This document shows, one piece after another, positions 1 to 10,829 of a DNA stretch of 64,000 nucleotides. Within the stretch, counting starts at the first letter, position 1. Each line of letters begins with the position of its first letter. The stretch covers positions 10,430 through 74,429 of the forward strand of contig CAZDHT010000001.1 of the NCBI GenBank assembly GCA_964505325.1, read 5' to 3'. Made by a program: the position numbers and the translations under genes. The notes under the pieces are model-generated. The model saw nothing but the letters and a program-made list of their open reading frames with translations, had not been told where the DNA came from and ran no database searches. This stretch comes from an uncultured Planctomycetota bacterium (GTDB lineage Bacteria; Planctomycetota; PUPC01).

Positions 1-1657
1 GTCGGATGCCGCGGCGGAACTGGCCGACCGGGCGGTCGCCGAGCACCCCAAGAACCCAGGCTGCGTGGCCGCGCGGGGACTGGTGCGGACGGCGAGCGGC
101 CCGCCGAGCCCGGGACTGGCTGACCTGCGCGCCGCCGCGGCGACGTCGAGGCATCCGGGGTACGCGCTCCTGCTGGCGGAGACCCTGATCCGCGGCCGCC
201 GGTTCGCCGACGCGCGCGCGGTGTGCCGGAAGCTGTTGGCCGCGGGACCTCCGCAGCCCAGGCGGCTCGAAGCCGCCGATGTCATCCTCGCCGCCAGCAT
301 GAGCCTGCGGTCAGCGGTCGACCGGCTGATGTCCGAGCCGGACGATTACGAGCGACGGGCGAGGGTGGACTGTGCGCTTGCGCACATCGGCCTCCGGGAA
401 TATCGCAAGGCGGCGGAGCTTGCGCGCCAGATACTCCGGGACAGAGCCGACGATGCGCAGGCGACCGAACTTCTCGCCAGGTGCGAGCTCAGCCTCGGCA
501 ATCCGAAGGCCGCGCTCGGCGCGCTGGCGAAGCTCAAACCCAACCTGGCGAAGGCCGAGCCCGACATCTATGCCGCACTGGCACATCACATGCTCGGCGA
601 AGACACGAAGGCGGCTCGGGCCCTGGCGAGGGGAATGAAGAAGTCCTGGACCGCGCGCAACCTGCTGCTTCTCCAGGGCCAGGCCGCAGAGATCCATCCG
701 CGATTCGACGAGGTCGCCGCGAAGGCCGCCCTCGCCAGGATCTTCAGCCGCGCGGCGGGCGGCGAGCTGACCCCCGACCGGAAGAAGAAGCTGGCCGCCG
801 TCGTGAATGACTCCTATGTGCTGAGGGCCGACGTGGACAAGCTGGCGAAGCAGTTCGCCGGCGCCGGGACTCCGAACGGCGACAGCCACGCCAAGCTCTG
901 GGCTGCGGCGCGACGGAAGCTCATTGAGGACACGCTCATTTTTCACTGGGCGATGTGGAGCCGGGTGGTCGTGCTTCCGGCAGACGTCCAGCGGGCCATC
1001 GACGCCGAGATGAAGCGGCTCGGCGCCGGCGACATGGAGGACTACACGAAGCTGCTCGAGAAACGCGGGACCAGCGTTGCAGAGCGGCGGGCAGACATAT
1101 TCAAGAAGCTGCTCAAGCGCCAGGCCTTCTCGGCGGTCCTGTCGGACAAGGTGATGGCGCGGCCGTCAGAGGTCCTGGCCTACTATCAGGGGAACCCAAA
1201 GCAGTTCACGGCCCCGCCCTCCGCGCGGTTCCGAATGATCACGCTCCACTTCGTTCGCTTCCGCGAAAAGCACGAGGCGGTGAAGCTCGCCGGGGCGCTG
1301 CTCCGCCGCTTAAAGGCGAAGCCGGAGACGTTCGAGCAGCTCGCCCGGCAATACTCGCACGACGCCAACGCCGCCCGGGGCGGGCTGTGGGAGAACGTGA
1401 CGAAGGGCTCGATGTTCGGGCCTCTTGACAAGGCCATCTTCGGCATGAAGCCCGGGCAGACCAGTGACGTGATCCAGACCGACAGGGGCTGCCACATCAT
1501 CCGCGCCGAGAAAATGTTGCCTGAACGGATGATTCCGCTGGAGGAGGCGGCGCCGCGCATCGTCCGCGCCATGCAGGAGATCGGGGCGCGGGCCGAAATC
1601 GCCATCTGGATCCAGCGGCTCCGAGCCGAGTCGCACGTCGAGCTCTTCGACCAGTAG
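1..1657 (+). CDS. TPR-repeat protein with C-terminal PpiC/parvulin-type peptidyl-prolyl cis-trans isomerase domain; 5' end probably outside window (frame open to position 2)
   Basis: ORF 65..1657 (GTG at 65) stays open upstream to the window edge. C-terminal ~100 aa (MITLHF...GGLWENVTKGSMFGPLDKAIFGMKPGQTSDVIQTDRGCHII) matches the parvulin/SurA rotamase fold; the N-terminal part is helical and TPR-like. Confidence 0.6.
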   Translation, partial: SDAAAELADRAVAEHPKNPGCVAARGLVRTASGPPSPGLADLRAAAATSRHPGYALLLAETLIRGRRFADARAVCRKLLAAGPPQPRRLEAADVILAASMSLRSAVDRLMSEPDDYERRARVDCALAHIGLREYRKAAELARQILRDRADDAQATELLARCELSLGNPKAALGALAKLKPNLAKAEPDIYAALAHHMLGEDTKAARALARGMKKSWTARNLLLLQGQAAEIHPRFDEVAAKAALARIFSRAAGGELTPDRKKKLAAVVNDSYVLRADVDKLAKQFAGAGTPNGDSHAKLWAAARRKLIEDTLIFHWAMWSRVVVLPADVQRAIDAEMKRLGAGDMEDYTKLLEKRGTSVAERRADIFKKLLKRQAFSAVLSDKVMARPSEVLAYYQGNPKQFTAPPSARFRMITLHFVRFREKHEAVKLAGALLRRLKAKPETFEQLARQYSHDANAARGGLWENVTKGSMFGPLDKAIFGMKPGQTSDVIQTDRGCHIIRAEKMLPERMIPLEEAAPRIVRAMQEIGARAEIAIWIQRLRAESHVELFDQ

Positions 1658-1684
1658 GCGCCCCGCGTCAATTCGCCCGCCGGC

Positions 1685-2542
1685 TCAGAACATCCAGTGC
1701 CACACGCCGCCCTTCCTGACGAACGACATCCGGCTGGGGCCCGTGCTGACGCCTTGCCCGGCGCTCTTGGGACGGCCGACGTGAATGATCGCGTCCGGTC
1801 CCGCAGAGATCTGGACCAGCTTGCTCCCCGCCGCAAACCGGATGTCCTCCGCCGCCGCCACCTCGACGGTATAGTCCGGGTGGGCGAAGATTTTCTGGAA
1901 GAACTCCTCGGCGCGCGCCTCGGCGTCGGGCGGCCCCGGCCCCAGCCCTGTGCCCTGTCCGCCGGGCCACATGCCAAGCGGCATCGACCGGACCGCTTTC
2001 CAGTCTTTACGTCTGTACGCGGCGGCAACTTGGGACACAACGGCAAGTATCTCCTGTTTGTCGGCGTCGGTCAGTGGTCCGATGTCGTCGCCATCTTGCC
2101 ACGTCCACCGCGCCGGCACGGAAGCCTTGAACTCGAACGTTCCCTCGAGCCGGGCCTTGTTCGACGAGCCATCGTCGTAGATCCCGCCGATGGTCTTGGG
2201 CTGCGCCGGCCCGGATGCCCCGGCCGGCATCGAAACGAAGCGGATGTCACACTTGCGGGAAGTCTCGGGGAGGCCGTACTTCATCCGTTCCGCTTCGATC
2301 CGGACCATGTTCTTCCCGTCCACCACGAAGTGCGTCACGTCCGCAATGGCCGACCACCCCTCCACCGTGTACGCCGGCTGGTGGTTGATCGTCAGTTTCA
2401 CCCGCCAGTGCTGGCCTGCGACGTTGAACTGATAACGGGTCTTGACGTCCGGCGGCGCGGCCCGCTGCTTCTTCCCGCAGCCGGCGGCGCAGACAGCCGA
2501 CAGAATCAGGGCCAGGCACAGAAGCTGCGCGATCCTGCTCAT
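1685..2542 (-). CDS. lipoprotein of unknown function
   Basis: Signal peptide with lipobox (LILSAVCAAGCG); no recognisable catalytic motif. Confidence 0.5.
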   Translation of the reverse strand: MSRIAQLLCLALILSAVCAAGCGKKQRAAPPDVKTRYQFNVAGQHWRVKLTINHQPAYTVEGWSAIADVTHFVVDGKNMVRIEAERMKYGLPETSRKCDIRFVSMPAGASGPAQPKTIGGIYDDGSSNKARLEGTFEFKASVPARWTWQDGDDIGPLTDADKQEILAVVSQVAAAYRRKDWKAVRSMPLGMWPGGQGTGLGPGPPDAEARAEEFFQKIFAHPDYTVEVAAAEDIRFAAGSKLVQISAGPDAIIHVGRPKSAGQGVSTGPSRMSFVRKGGVWHWMF

Positions 2543-2558
2543 CCGCGTCTCTCCTTTC

Positions 2559-3302
2559 CTACATCTGCCCGGTCAGCTTGTGGGTTTGCGGAATAATGCG
2601 CACGTCGTCGAGGACCTGGAGCGCGCTCATTTGAAGGGCGAGGACTTCCGCAGGCCCCGGCGGATTGACTCCGCCGGCCGGCGTGACCGGCTGGATCACG
2701 AAGGGGATTTGCTCGCCCACCGACGCCGCGACCAGCGCGGCATCCACCACGGCGTCGGTATCAGTTCTGTCGCTGACGACCGCCTTCACGAACACCTCCC
2801 GCCGGGCGGCGATGGCCAGGAACTCGCGCGACACGCCCGGGTCTGAGGCGTGCCCGGCCGACGATGCCAGCTTGATGTCCATCGCGACCACGTGGATCAG
2901 ATCGATCACCTTTTCGAGCTCGTGGGGCAGCGTCCCGTTGGTTTCGAGATAGAACCTCCGGGCGCCGCAGAGCGGGATCAGTTCGGCGATGAAGTCCGCG
3001 GCCAGCAGCGGCTCGCCGCCGGTCAGGCTGACAGAGTGGTGCCGGTTGCCGGCGTCCAGCCGGGCGATCCCGTCGGCGACGGTGCTTGGATTGAACGGGT
3101 TCTCCCGCCGCCTGAACTGGCGGCCGCCCGGCGCCATTTCGATCCGCGCAAACGGGACGGGCTGGTGCGCCTCGGGTGTATCGCAGTACAGACACACCAG
3201 GTTGCAGCCCGAGAAACGCACGAACAGTTGCCGGCAGCCGGCGTAAATCCCCTCGCCTTGAACTCCACTGAAAACCTCGAAGATGTTCGCCGAGGCCGTC
3301 AC
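2559..3302 (-). CDS. queE: 7-carboxy-7-deazaguanine synthase QueE (radical SAM)
   Basis: N-terminal IFEVFSGVQGEG...LFVRFSGCNLVCLYCDT motif typical of QueE; ~245 aa; 4-nt overlap with the upstream helicase gene. Confidence 0.7.
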   Translation of the reverse strand: MTASANIFEVFSGVQGEGIYAGCRQLFVRFSGCNLVCLYCDTPEAHQPVPFARIEMAPGGRQFRRRENPFNPSTVADGIARLDAGNRHHSVSLTGGEPLLAADFIAELIPLCGARRFYLETNGTLPHELEKVIDLIHVVAMDIKLASSAGHASDPGVSREFLAIAARREVFVKAVVSDRTDTDAVVDAALVAASVGEQIPFVIQPVTPAGGVNPPGPAEVLALQMSALQVLDDVRIIPQTHKLTGQM

Positions 3303-6300
3303 AGTTGCTTCCTCACCGAATCCAGCAGCGGCCCGCCAATTTCCACCGGGATCTCGCGCCCGGCGCGCAGGAACAGCAGCGCGGCCGCCTTGGGCGCCTT
3401 GCCGAACACCTCCCGCGCCGCCAGCGCGTACGCTCCGACCTGCAGCCGGTAGCTCTGCGCGTGTTCCGCCAAGTGCTGTTCGGACACGTCGTCCGTCTTG
3501 TAATCAACAATGGTCAGGCCCGTGCCGTCGTCAAAGGCCAGGTCGATCAGCCCTTCGAGGATCGTGCCGTCCACATTCACGGCGAAGGGAACTTCCCTGT
3601 ACACGGTACCCGCCTCCGCCGCCCGCTTCACGAGTTCCATCCCCAGAGCGGCTCTGGCCAGCTTCTCGACCATCGGCGCGTGGCTCGGGATGCCATTTCG
3701 CGTTGCTTCCTGTTCGGCAAGTTCCGAAAGCCCCGCCCCTGTCGCCAGGTCGGCCTGTTCGAGCACGGCGTGCACGGCCTTGCCGATCGATCTGCCAAGC
3801 TCGCCTTCCCCTGTGGGACGGCCGAAATCCTCTCTCTCGTCTTCGCCCAGCCTGGACGCCGTTTTCAGCCGCTTCTCCTCTGCGGCCCGTCGGATAAGCT
3901 GTTCGTGCGTCCGGCGCCACTTCTCGCGGCGTTCGCACAGCGTGGCACATTCCTTGGGCGGCTTGCGCTTCAGGTTGACCCGAAATGCCCGCCGGCCGTG
4001 CGGCTTCATGACGTCGGGATCTGCCGCCACCTCGGCCTCGACTTTCTTCGCCGCGGCGCCCGCCTCTTCGGCGAGGTCGGTCAGGTACTTCAGATACCCG
4101 CCCGGCTTGTCTGAGGCGGGGAAGTGCGGAATGATCAGCCGGTCGCGCGCCCGGGTGGCCGCGACGTAGAAGAGGCGCTGGGCTTCCGCCTCCTCCACGC
4201 GCTGCTCCCGCCCCTTGGCGTCCCGGAAGCCGAGAGTCATGATTCCCCGCGATTCCGCGCCGATCCGCACCTCGAAGCTGTCGCCGATCCGGTTCGGCAC
4301 AAAACGGATGCGCGACTTGCGCCCGGCCGACATGTCGGCCAGCACCACGATGGGGAACTCGAGCCCTTTTGCCTTATGGATGGTGATCAGCTTGACGAGG
4401 TCTTCGTCTTCCTCGGCCAGAGGCGACTCGGCCTCTTCGGCGACGGTCGTCATCTCCTGCAGCCAACGGACGAACCCGCCGAACGTGGCGCCCGGCGTTT
4501 GCTCGTAGGCACGTGCGGCGTCGATCACCTTGGCCAGGTTGGCGGCGCGCTGGGCGCCCCCAGGCTTCAAATAGAACAGCTCAAGGGCTTTCGTGTCGGA
4601 GAGCACCTGCTGCACGAGGTCGGACGTACTCCTGAGATTCCGGTCCCGATGCCACGCCGCCAGCAGGCGGAAGACACCGAGGATGTACGCATCGCCCTCT
4701 TCCGCTGCGCGGCTCAGATAGTCGAACCGGGCCTCTGCCGCGGCCGCCAACTCGTCGTCCGAGACGCCGAGCAGCGACGTCCGCAGCGCGGCGACCACGG
4801 CGACGGGGTCATACGGCCGTTCGATCGCGGCCAGCACGACGCGCAGCTCGGTCACTTCCTGCCTTGCGAAGAACTCCTTTCCGCTGACCGCGCGGAACGG
4901 TATCCCGGCCGAACTGAATGCGCTCTCGTAGAGGCCGAACGCTGTACGGGCGCGGAAAAGCACGGCGACGTCCCCGTACGTCACCGGCCGCATCGTGCCC
5001 GTTTCCTTGTCCAGCACGGTATCGCCGCGCCCGATCATCGCTTTGACCTCGTGGGCGACGGTGGCCGCTTCGGCAACCCGCGCCTCGTCGATCTTGTCAA
5101 ACGCCATCCCGTCGGGCGGCTTCAGAACCGTCGCCGCCGGCCCGGCATCAGTCCGCCACGCCTCGAGCGGGACGTACTCCGGCTGATAGGCCCCGTCATC
5201 CGGGCGCTGAATAAGCTCATCGAACACCGCATTGACCCAGTCCACACAGGCCGGGGAGCTGCGGAAGTTCTGGCGGACGTGGACGAGCTTGCCGGACCGC
5301 GCCACGACCTGCTTGGCCTCTTCGTAGGTCTCGATGTCGGCGCGGCGAAAGCGGTATATCGATTGCTTCGGGTCGCCCACGAAGAGCAGCTTGCCGGGGA
5401 CGATTTCGACGTCCCGCCAGTTCGATGCCTTGGCTCCGTTCTCGGCCAGGAAAAAGACTATCTCGGTCTGCAGCGGATCGGTGTCCTGGCATTCGTCGAT
5501 CAGGATCATCTTGAAGCGCTCCTGGAAGTACCGCCGCACCGCCTTGTCGCTGCGCAGCAGATCACGGGCCTTGAGGAGCAGATCGTCGAAATCCAGCACG
5601 GCGCGCTCGCGTTTTGCCGCTTCGTACCGGGCGACCATCTCGCGCAGGACGCCGGCCAATCGGCAGGCCACCACGTGTGCGGCGCTGTCGCGGAGAGGGT
5701 CGGCCAGGTCCTGCAGCTCATTGAGTCCGGCGATGCAGAAGTCGCGCGCCGGGCCCTTGCAGGCGTTCCGGGGCTTCTTGATGCGGAGGTCGAGGCCCGG
5801 CAGGCGGGCCATGTTCTCGTCCGGGCCGGCTTCCCGCATCTGGTCGGCGGCGTTCACGGCGGACAGGATTCTTGACGCGCAGGAGCAGCCCAGCGAGGTG
5901 CAGTGCTCCTGCATGTGCCGGTACAGCGCCCGGGCCTTCGGCACGAACGCATCCACCAGCTCGGCGAGCGGCGCGGCGAGGTCCAGCTCGTCGCCACCGG
6001 GTTGCAGGTCACGATTCGCCAGGAGCAGCCGGGCGCACTCTTTGAGGTCATCGGTGCTGAGCCCGGCGACGAACGCCGAGCGAAGGGGGCCGTGTTCGTC
6101 GTGGAGCTGCCGGGCGAGCCAGGCGCTCCAGACTTCGTCGAACAGCAGGGAGGATTGCAGGCTCTCGCTGATCGCGAAGCCCGGGTCGACCTTCGCCTCG
6201 ACCGGCCGTTCGAGCAGGAGTTCGGCGGCGAACGAGTGGATCGTCGAGGCGTGGGCGGCGTCCAGCGCGGCGAGCGCGTCCGACAACCGGTCCGCCACGA

Positions 6301-6559
6301 CGCCCTGTGCTTCAGCGAGGAGCTTCTCCAGCTCGCCGCGCAGGCGGACCTTCAGCTCGTTCGCGGCGCGCTCGGTGAACGTGATCGCGACAATCTCGGC
6401 CAGCTTGGCGTGGCCGGTGGTAATCGCGTGGAGGATGCGGGCGGTCAGCAGCGTGGTCTTGCCGGTGCCGGCGCTGGCCTCGACCGCGTACGTTGTGCCC
6501 AGGTCCTGCTCGATGAGGTCGCGGATGTCCTGGTCGACGGGCGTGCGGTCGTTCTTCAT
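3299..6559 (-). CDS. addA: AddA/RecB-like ATP-dependent helicase-nuclease (UvrD-family helicase with C-terminal PD-(D/E)XK nuclease)
   Basis: Walker A EASAGTGKTTLL at N-terminus and UvrD/Rep-like motifs throughout; C-terminal GLIDLAFDD...IVDYKTD RecB-nuclease motif. Confidence 0.7.
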   Translation of the reverse strand: MKNDRTPVDQDIRDLIEQDLGTTYAVEASAGTGKTTLLTARILHAITTGHAKLAEIVAITFTERAANELKVRLRGELEKLLAEAQGVVADRLSDALAALDAAHASTIHSFAAELLLERPVEAKVDPGFAISESLQSSLLFDEVWSAWLARQLHDEHGPLRSAFVAGLSTDDLKECARLLLANRDLQPGGDELDLAAPLAELVDAFVPKARALYRHMQEHCTSLGCSCASRILSAVNAADQMREAGPDENMARLPGLDLRIKKPRNACKGPARDFCIAGLNELQDLADPLRDSAAHVVACRLAGVLREMVARYEAAKRERAVLDFDDLLLKARDLLRSDKAVRRYFQERFKMILIDECQDTDPLQTEIVFFLAENGAKASNWRDVEIVPGKLLFVGDPKQSIYRFRRADIETYEEAKQVVARSGKLVHVRQNFRSSPACVDWVNAVFDELIQRPDDGAYQPEYVPLEAWRTDAGPAATVLKPPDGMAFDKIDEARVAEAATVAHEVKAMIGRGDTVLDKETGTMRPVTYGDVAVLFRARTAFGLYESAFSSAGIPFRAVSGKEFFARQEVTELRVVLAAIERPYDPVAVVAALRTSLLGVSDDELAAAAEARFDYLSRAAEEGDAYILGVFRLLAAWHRDRNLRSTSDLVQQVLSDTKALELFYLKPGGAQRAANLAKVIDAARAYEQTPGATFGGFVRWLQEMTTVAEEAESPLAEEDEDLVKLITIHKAKGLEFPIVVLADMSAGRKSRIRFVPNRIGDSFEVRIGAESRGIMTLGFRDAKGREQRVEEAEAQRLFYVAATRARDRLIIPHFPASDKPGGYLKYLTDLAEEAGAAAKKVEAEVAADPDVMKPHGRRAFRVNLKRKPPKECATLCERREKWRRTHEQLIRRAAEEKRLKTASRLGEDEREDFGRPTGEGELGRSIGKAVHAVLEQADLATGAGLSELAEQEATRNGIPSHAPMVEKLARAALGMELVKRAAEAGTVYREVPFAVNVDGTILEGLIDLAFDDGTGLTIVDYKTDDVSEQHLAEHAQSYRLQVGAYALAAREVFGKAPKAAALLFLRAGREIPVEIGGPLLDSVRKQL

Positions 6560-9500
6560 TCGATCTCTGCCATTTCCAGCAGACCGGCGATGGCCGGGTC
6601 ACCCTTCTTGCGTTCGAAGATCACGTCCTGGTTCGCCCCGCACACGTCCTTGAAGTCGCAGTACCGGCACCGGTCCTTGTGGGGCGTGGCGATGAAGATG
6701 CCGTTCTGGATACATTGCTCGGCGGTGACGATGATCCGCTCCAGGTCGTTCATGCGGGCATCCAGCGCCTCGCGCGTAAACTCGACGGAGCTGAACCCGC
6801 CGCGCTCCGTGGCGAAGGCATATTCGGCGCCGACCGCGCGACGGTTGGGGCGCAGCATCTGCGCGGCGAGGATGTAGATGGGGAGTTGGAGCGCCGTGCC
6901 GCCGGCGAACGTGTTGGGTTTGCCGCTCTTGCGGCCCGTCTTGTAGTCGATCACGCGGGCCTCGCCTTCGCCGAGCTCGTCGATGCGGTCGATCATACCC
7001 TTGAACTTGTAGCTCTTTCCGCCGAAGACGAGTTCGAGCGGTCTTTCGGTGGACGCCCTGTCTTCGCGGTGGCTGCGGGGTGGCATGCCGAACCGCGTTT
7101 CGAACATCGCCGGCCGAGCGCCCGCGGCCAGGCAATCGGCGGCGTCGAGTGTGGCGAATCGGTCGAGGTCGCGGAGAATCTCGGCTTGGTCCAGTGCCCA
7201 CGTCAGCGCGGGAGGGACGGCGCGCAGCCGGCGGAACTCCGCGTTCGCCGCATCGCGCAGCGAGGCCGAGAGTTCCCCCGCCGATGCGGTTGCCCCGTTG
7301 CGGAAGCGCTCTGTATACGCCCGGCAGAACGCGCGGTGAATCAGCGCACCGCGATCGAGCGGCGCGATCCGTTCCATCCGCTCCGGCTCCTCCAGGGGCT
7401 GTATGTTCAGGACACGCTGCAGGAAGTACGCGAACGGACAGGCGGCGAACCTTTCGATCCGCGTCGGCGAGACGACGTCGCCGGCGATGGTCCGGTGGGC
7501 TGCCTGGGAAACGATGCCGTCGAACTGGGTGAAGTGCTTCTCCTGCCACCGCGCCGTCTCCGCCTCCACGCCCCGCTTGAACTGCTCCGAGACAGCCGCC
7601 AGGTACAGAGCTCGCTCTGGCTTCCCGGCTTCAACCAGCCCGGCAATCGCGCGGAGGTCGTAATCATCGAGGTCCAGGTATTGCTGATCGCCCGCGCCGC
7701 CGGGGAACATGGAAACCCTGCTGAACCCGGGGGCGCGTTCAAGTGATTCGTGATCATACCGCTCGCCCGTGAGGGCCTCGGCCAGCCGCGCCAGAAAGTG
7801 CGAGGGGATGCGGTCGCGGGCGGCCGCGACATCCAAGCGCGAGAACGTCAGGGTGACGCATTCGGCCGCGGCGGAAACGGCGAGAGCGAACAGCATCTTC
7901 TCCTCGTCAACCCGCCCCGATTTGCCGGGCAGATGCGCTCCGGTCGCGCCGGAGATGACGGCGCGTTCCCCGTCGAGCACGATGGGGTCCTGCCGCCCCG
8001 CTGCCGGGAAGGCTTTTTCGACCAGACCGGGAACGATGACGGCCCGGAAGCCGAGGCCGCGCGATTCGAATAGGCCCCCGATGTAAACCTTGCCGCGCTG
8101 AAATCCCTTCGCCGGGCTCCGCTGACGCCCGAGGAGATCCGCGATCGCCTCCCGCACCTCGTCCAGCGTAGTCTCCGGGTTGATCTCGTCCAGGTCGATC
8201 AGCTTTCGCGCCTCGGTGCAGATGCGGTCCCGGTCATCGGACGACTCGACGAAATGCTCGTAGACGCGGAGTAGCCCGCCGGCCGTGTCGGCCCAGGTGC
8301 CCGACACCGGAACGGACTCCTTGGCTGCGATCAACTCGCGCACGAAGGCCGTCAAGTGCGGCAATTCGTGCAGCGGGAGGGCGTGCTCTTGGTCACCGTC
8401 GCCAGCGCGGGTCTTCAGTTCGGCCAGCCGCCGGGTCCATTCGCCAGGGCCGGCAACGATGCCGGCGGCGATGCTGAGCAAATCCCAGTTCGAGGTGTTC
8501 GGCCCGTGCCCGAGGAGCTTGTCGAACGCGATGGGCGCAAAGTGGATGAACTGCATCACCTCGTCCCTGGGCAGGTCCCCGGCGATCAGGCTCGCGAGCA
8601 TTTCGAGGCTGCGGGCCTGGCGCGTCTCGCGCAGCGGCGTGCCGCCGGACACGAAGTACGGTATCCCCCGCCGGTCAAAGGCGTCGCGCAGTAGGCGCGA
8701 ATACGCTTCCGGGCTCCGCAGCAGGATGCCGATCTCGTGGAATGGGATGCCCCGCGCGGCGAATTCGAGCACTTGCCGGACGATCTCGCGCGCTTCCCGC
8801 GGCTCGCCCGGCACGGACAGGACTCTGAAATCGGCTGCGTCCGTCGGCGTCCCCCGCGGCGGCGCGAAAAGACGCCCTGCCAGGGAATCTTCCTCCGTCG
8901 CTGCCGCTTGCGCGGCGAAGCCATTTCTTGAAAGCCACTCGATCAGCGGTCCCCCGTAAGCGTAGGCCGGCCCTGCGCCCCCCGGCACCATGGCCGTCGC
9001 AGACCGAGCCCGAGAAGCGAGGGCGAGCAGAAGCCGACGCTGGAGCCCGTTCAGGTCGTAGAAGCCGTAGGCGATGAGGCCGGCGGACGCAACGAGCGGC
9101 GACTGCGCCGCGGATTCTGCCGCGGCGGCCATGAGGTCGGCGTCGTCGTACAGGCCCAGCTTCCCAAGCGAGCTTTCGTAGCCGGCAAAGATCGTCCGGA
9201 AGGCGGCGAGTTTTGCCCCCTTCACTTTTCCAAGCGCTGCAGGCGCCAGGCCCGCCTCCTTGAGGTCGGTGATAGACGCGGCCGTCGTCTTGACAAAGCC
9301 CGGCAGATCGGCGACCGGCTCGAAGTACCCTCCCGCCGCACATTGTCGGATGACGTCGCGCACGATGAGCCTCTGGGCGAGGCCGGGGAGCGCCCTTCGG
9401 CCGGGGGATCGAAGACGCGCCAAGCCGAGCTTCCGCGCAAGTTTGGTGAACGTGAGAAACCGAACGTTCCACAGTGGATTCCGTTCCGCCAGGCGCCGGC

Positions 9501-9654
9501 GAAGATACATCGCCAGCATGTTGGAGCCGACCAGCACGAGGACGGGCGCTCCCGGATCGTCCCTCTGGGCGGCGCAGATTTGCCCGGCCAGCGCTGCCTC
9601 CAGCACCGGCCGGAACGGACCGACGATGACTCGATGTTTCTGATCAGAGCTCAT
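6556..9654 (-). CDS. addB: AddB-like helicase-nuclease subunit (PD-(D/E)XK nuclease with Fe-S cysteine cluster)
   Basis: C-terminal FAACPFAYFLQRVL...RVIDYKTGRK...RCRYCDFKDVCG nuclease and 4-Cys motifs characteristic of AddB; 4-nt overlap with addA. Confidence 0.65.
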   Translation of the reverse strand: MSSDQKHRVIVGPFRPVLEAALAGQICAAQRDDPGAPVLVLVGSNMLAMYLRRRLAERNPLWNVRFLTFTKLARKLGLARLRSPGRRALPGLAQRLIVRDVIRQCAAGGYFEPVADLPGFVKTTAASITDLKEAGLAPAALGKVKGAKLAAFRTIFAGYESSLGKLGLYDDADLMAAAAESAAQSPLVASAGLIAYGFYDLNGLQRRLLLALASRARSATAMVPGGAGPAYAYGGPLIEWLSRNGFAAQAAATEEDSLAGRLFAPPRGTPTDAADFRVLSVPGEPREAREIVRQVLEFAARGIPFHEIGILLRSPEAYSRLLRDAFDRRGIPYFVSGGTPLRETRQARSLEMLASLIAGDLPRDEVMQFIHFAPIAFDKLLGHGPNTSNWDLLSIAAGIVAGPGEWTRRLAELKTRAGDGDQEHALPLHELPHLTAFVRELIAAKESVPVSGTWADTAGGLLRVYEHFVESSDDRDRICTEARKLIDLDEINPETTLDEVREAIADLLGRQRSPAKGFQRGKVYIGGLFESRGLGFRAVIVPGLVEKAFPAAGRQDPIVLDGERAVISGATGAHLPGKSGRVDEEKMLFALAVSAAAECVTLTFSRLDVAAARDRIPSHFLARLAEALTGERYDHESLERAPGFSRVSMFPGGAGDQQYLDLDDYDLRAIAGLVEAGKPERALYLAAVSEQFKRGVEAETARWQEKHFTQFDGIVSQAAHRTIAGDVVSPTRIERFAACPFAYFLQRVLNIQPLEEPERMERIAPLDRGALIHRAFCRAYTERFRNGATASAGELSASLRDAANAEFRRLRAVPPALTWALDQAEILRDLDRFATLDAADCLAAGARPAMFETRFGMPPRSHREDRASTERPLELVFGGKSYKFKGMIDRIDELGEGEARVIDYKTGRKSGKPNTFAGGTALQLPIYILAAQMLRPNRRAVGAEYAFATERGGFSSVEFTREALDARMNDLERIIVTAEQCIQNGIFIATPHKDRCRYCDFKDVCGANQDVIFERKKGDPAIAGLLEMAEIE

Positions 9655-9701
9655 ACGGAGTGAGTCTACTTCTCTGCTGCGCCGGAGTCAATCATCGCAG
9701 C

Positions 9702-10829
9702 TCACATGGGCTCGAGGCGCAGCGCGGCGGCGACGATGTCGAACGCCGCGCGGGGGCGCGCTGCGTTGAGAGCCGCTTTTCTCATTCGGGCGAGGTGCTC
9801 AGGCTCGGCGAGCAGACGGCCGATGACCTGGCGAAGCTTGGCGGGGGTGCTGGCGGGCAGCGCCGCACCGCGCCCTACCAGAAAGGCGGAATTCCTCTCC
9901 TCCTGCCCGGGGATCGGCAGGGTCAATACCATCGGGAGCCCAACGGCGAGGCACTCGGTGCTCGACATGCCGCCGGGTTTTGTCACGATGAGGTCCGACG
10001 CCGCCATCAGCTTCTCCATGTAATCCACGAACCCGTACGTGACCAGCTTCGCCGGCGGCGGGACGGCCAGCTCGTCGAGCCTCCGCTTCAACCTCTCGTT
10101 GTGCCCGGCGACGGCAAGGATCTGGACCGCCCCGCACTCGGCGATGGCGGCGACGGTCTTTTGCACCCCGCCCTTCCCGCCGCCCCCGCTGAGGGCCAGC
10201 ACCGTCGGCAGGCCGGGCTCCAGCCCCAGCTCCGCGCGGACTTGGGCGCGGTCAACCGGCTCGGAGAAGGCGGCGTCGATCGGGATCCCGCAGGTGGTGA
10301 CCTGGTCGGGAGGCGCCCCCTTGCTGATGAACAGGCCGCGGAGGTAGTCGGACGCGACGAAATAATGGTCCGTCCCGGGGTTGATCCATATTCGATGCGC
10401 GTCGTAGTCCGTGACCACCACCCCAACGGGGACATCGAGTTGGCCCGTTCGCCGCATCCAGGCGAGGATCTCACCGGGGAGGAAGTGCGTGCAGACGATG
10501 TGGGTGGGCTGTTTCTGCCGGACCAGGTCGATGAACTTGCCGGCGTTGAGCCGGTCGAGCGCGCACATGGCCCGGCGTTCGAAACCGTCGATCCGCTTCT
10601 TGTCCCATCGGTGGTACAGATAGCGCCAGTACCAGGGGAGGGCGCTGATCACCGAGAAGTATGAGTGGAGGTAGAGCTTGCCGAAGACTGCTCTGGTGTA
10701 CTGGATGACGTCGACCGTTTCGGCAGAGCCCTCGTACCCGGCAAGGTCGAAGGCGCTCTTCAGGGCGGCGGCGGCGCGGGCGTGACCCGCCCCGGCGGAC
10801 GCGTATGCGATGAGCAGCTTGTACGCCAT
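9702..10829 (-). CDS. GT28 family glycosyltransferase (MGDG synthase / UgtP-like diacylglycerol glycosyltransferase)
   Basis: Start moved to internal Met (MAYKLLIAYASAGAGHARAA), the canonical MGDG-synthase N-terminus; C-terminal Glyco_trans_28-like region. The upstream part of the listed ORF is not credible. Confidence 0.6.
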   Translation of the reverse strand: MAYKLLIAYASAGAGHARAAAALKSAFDLAGYEGSAETVDVIQYTRAVFGKLYLHSYFSVISALPWYWRYLYHRWDKKRIDGFERRAMCALDRLNAGKFIDLVRQKQPTHIVCTHFLPGEILAWMRRTGQLDVPVGVVVTDYDAHRIWINPGTDHYFVASDYLRGLFISKGAPPDQVTTCGIPIDAAFSEPVDRAQVRAELGLEPGLPTVLALSGGGGKGGVQKTVAAIAECGAVQILAVAGHNERLKRRLDELAVPPPAKLVTYGFVDYMEKLMAASDLIVTKPGGMSSTECLAVGLPMVLTLPIPGQEERNSAFLVGRGAALPASTPAKLRQVIGRLLAEPEHLARMRKAALNAARPRAAFDIVAAALRLEPM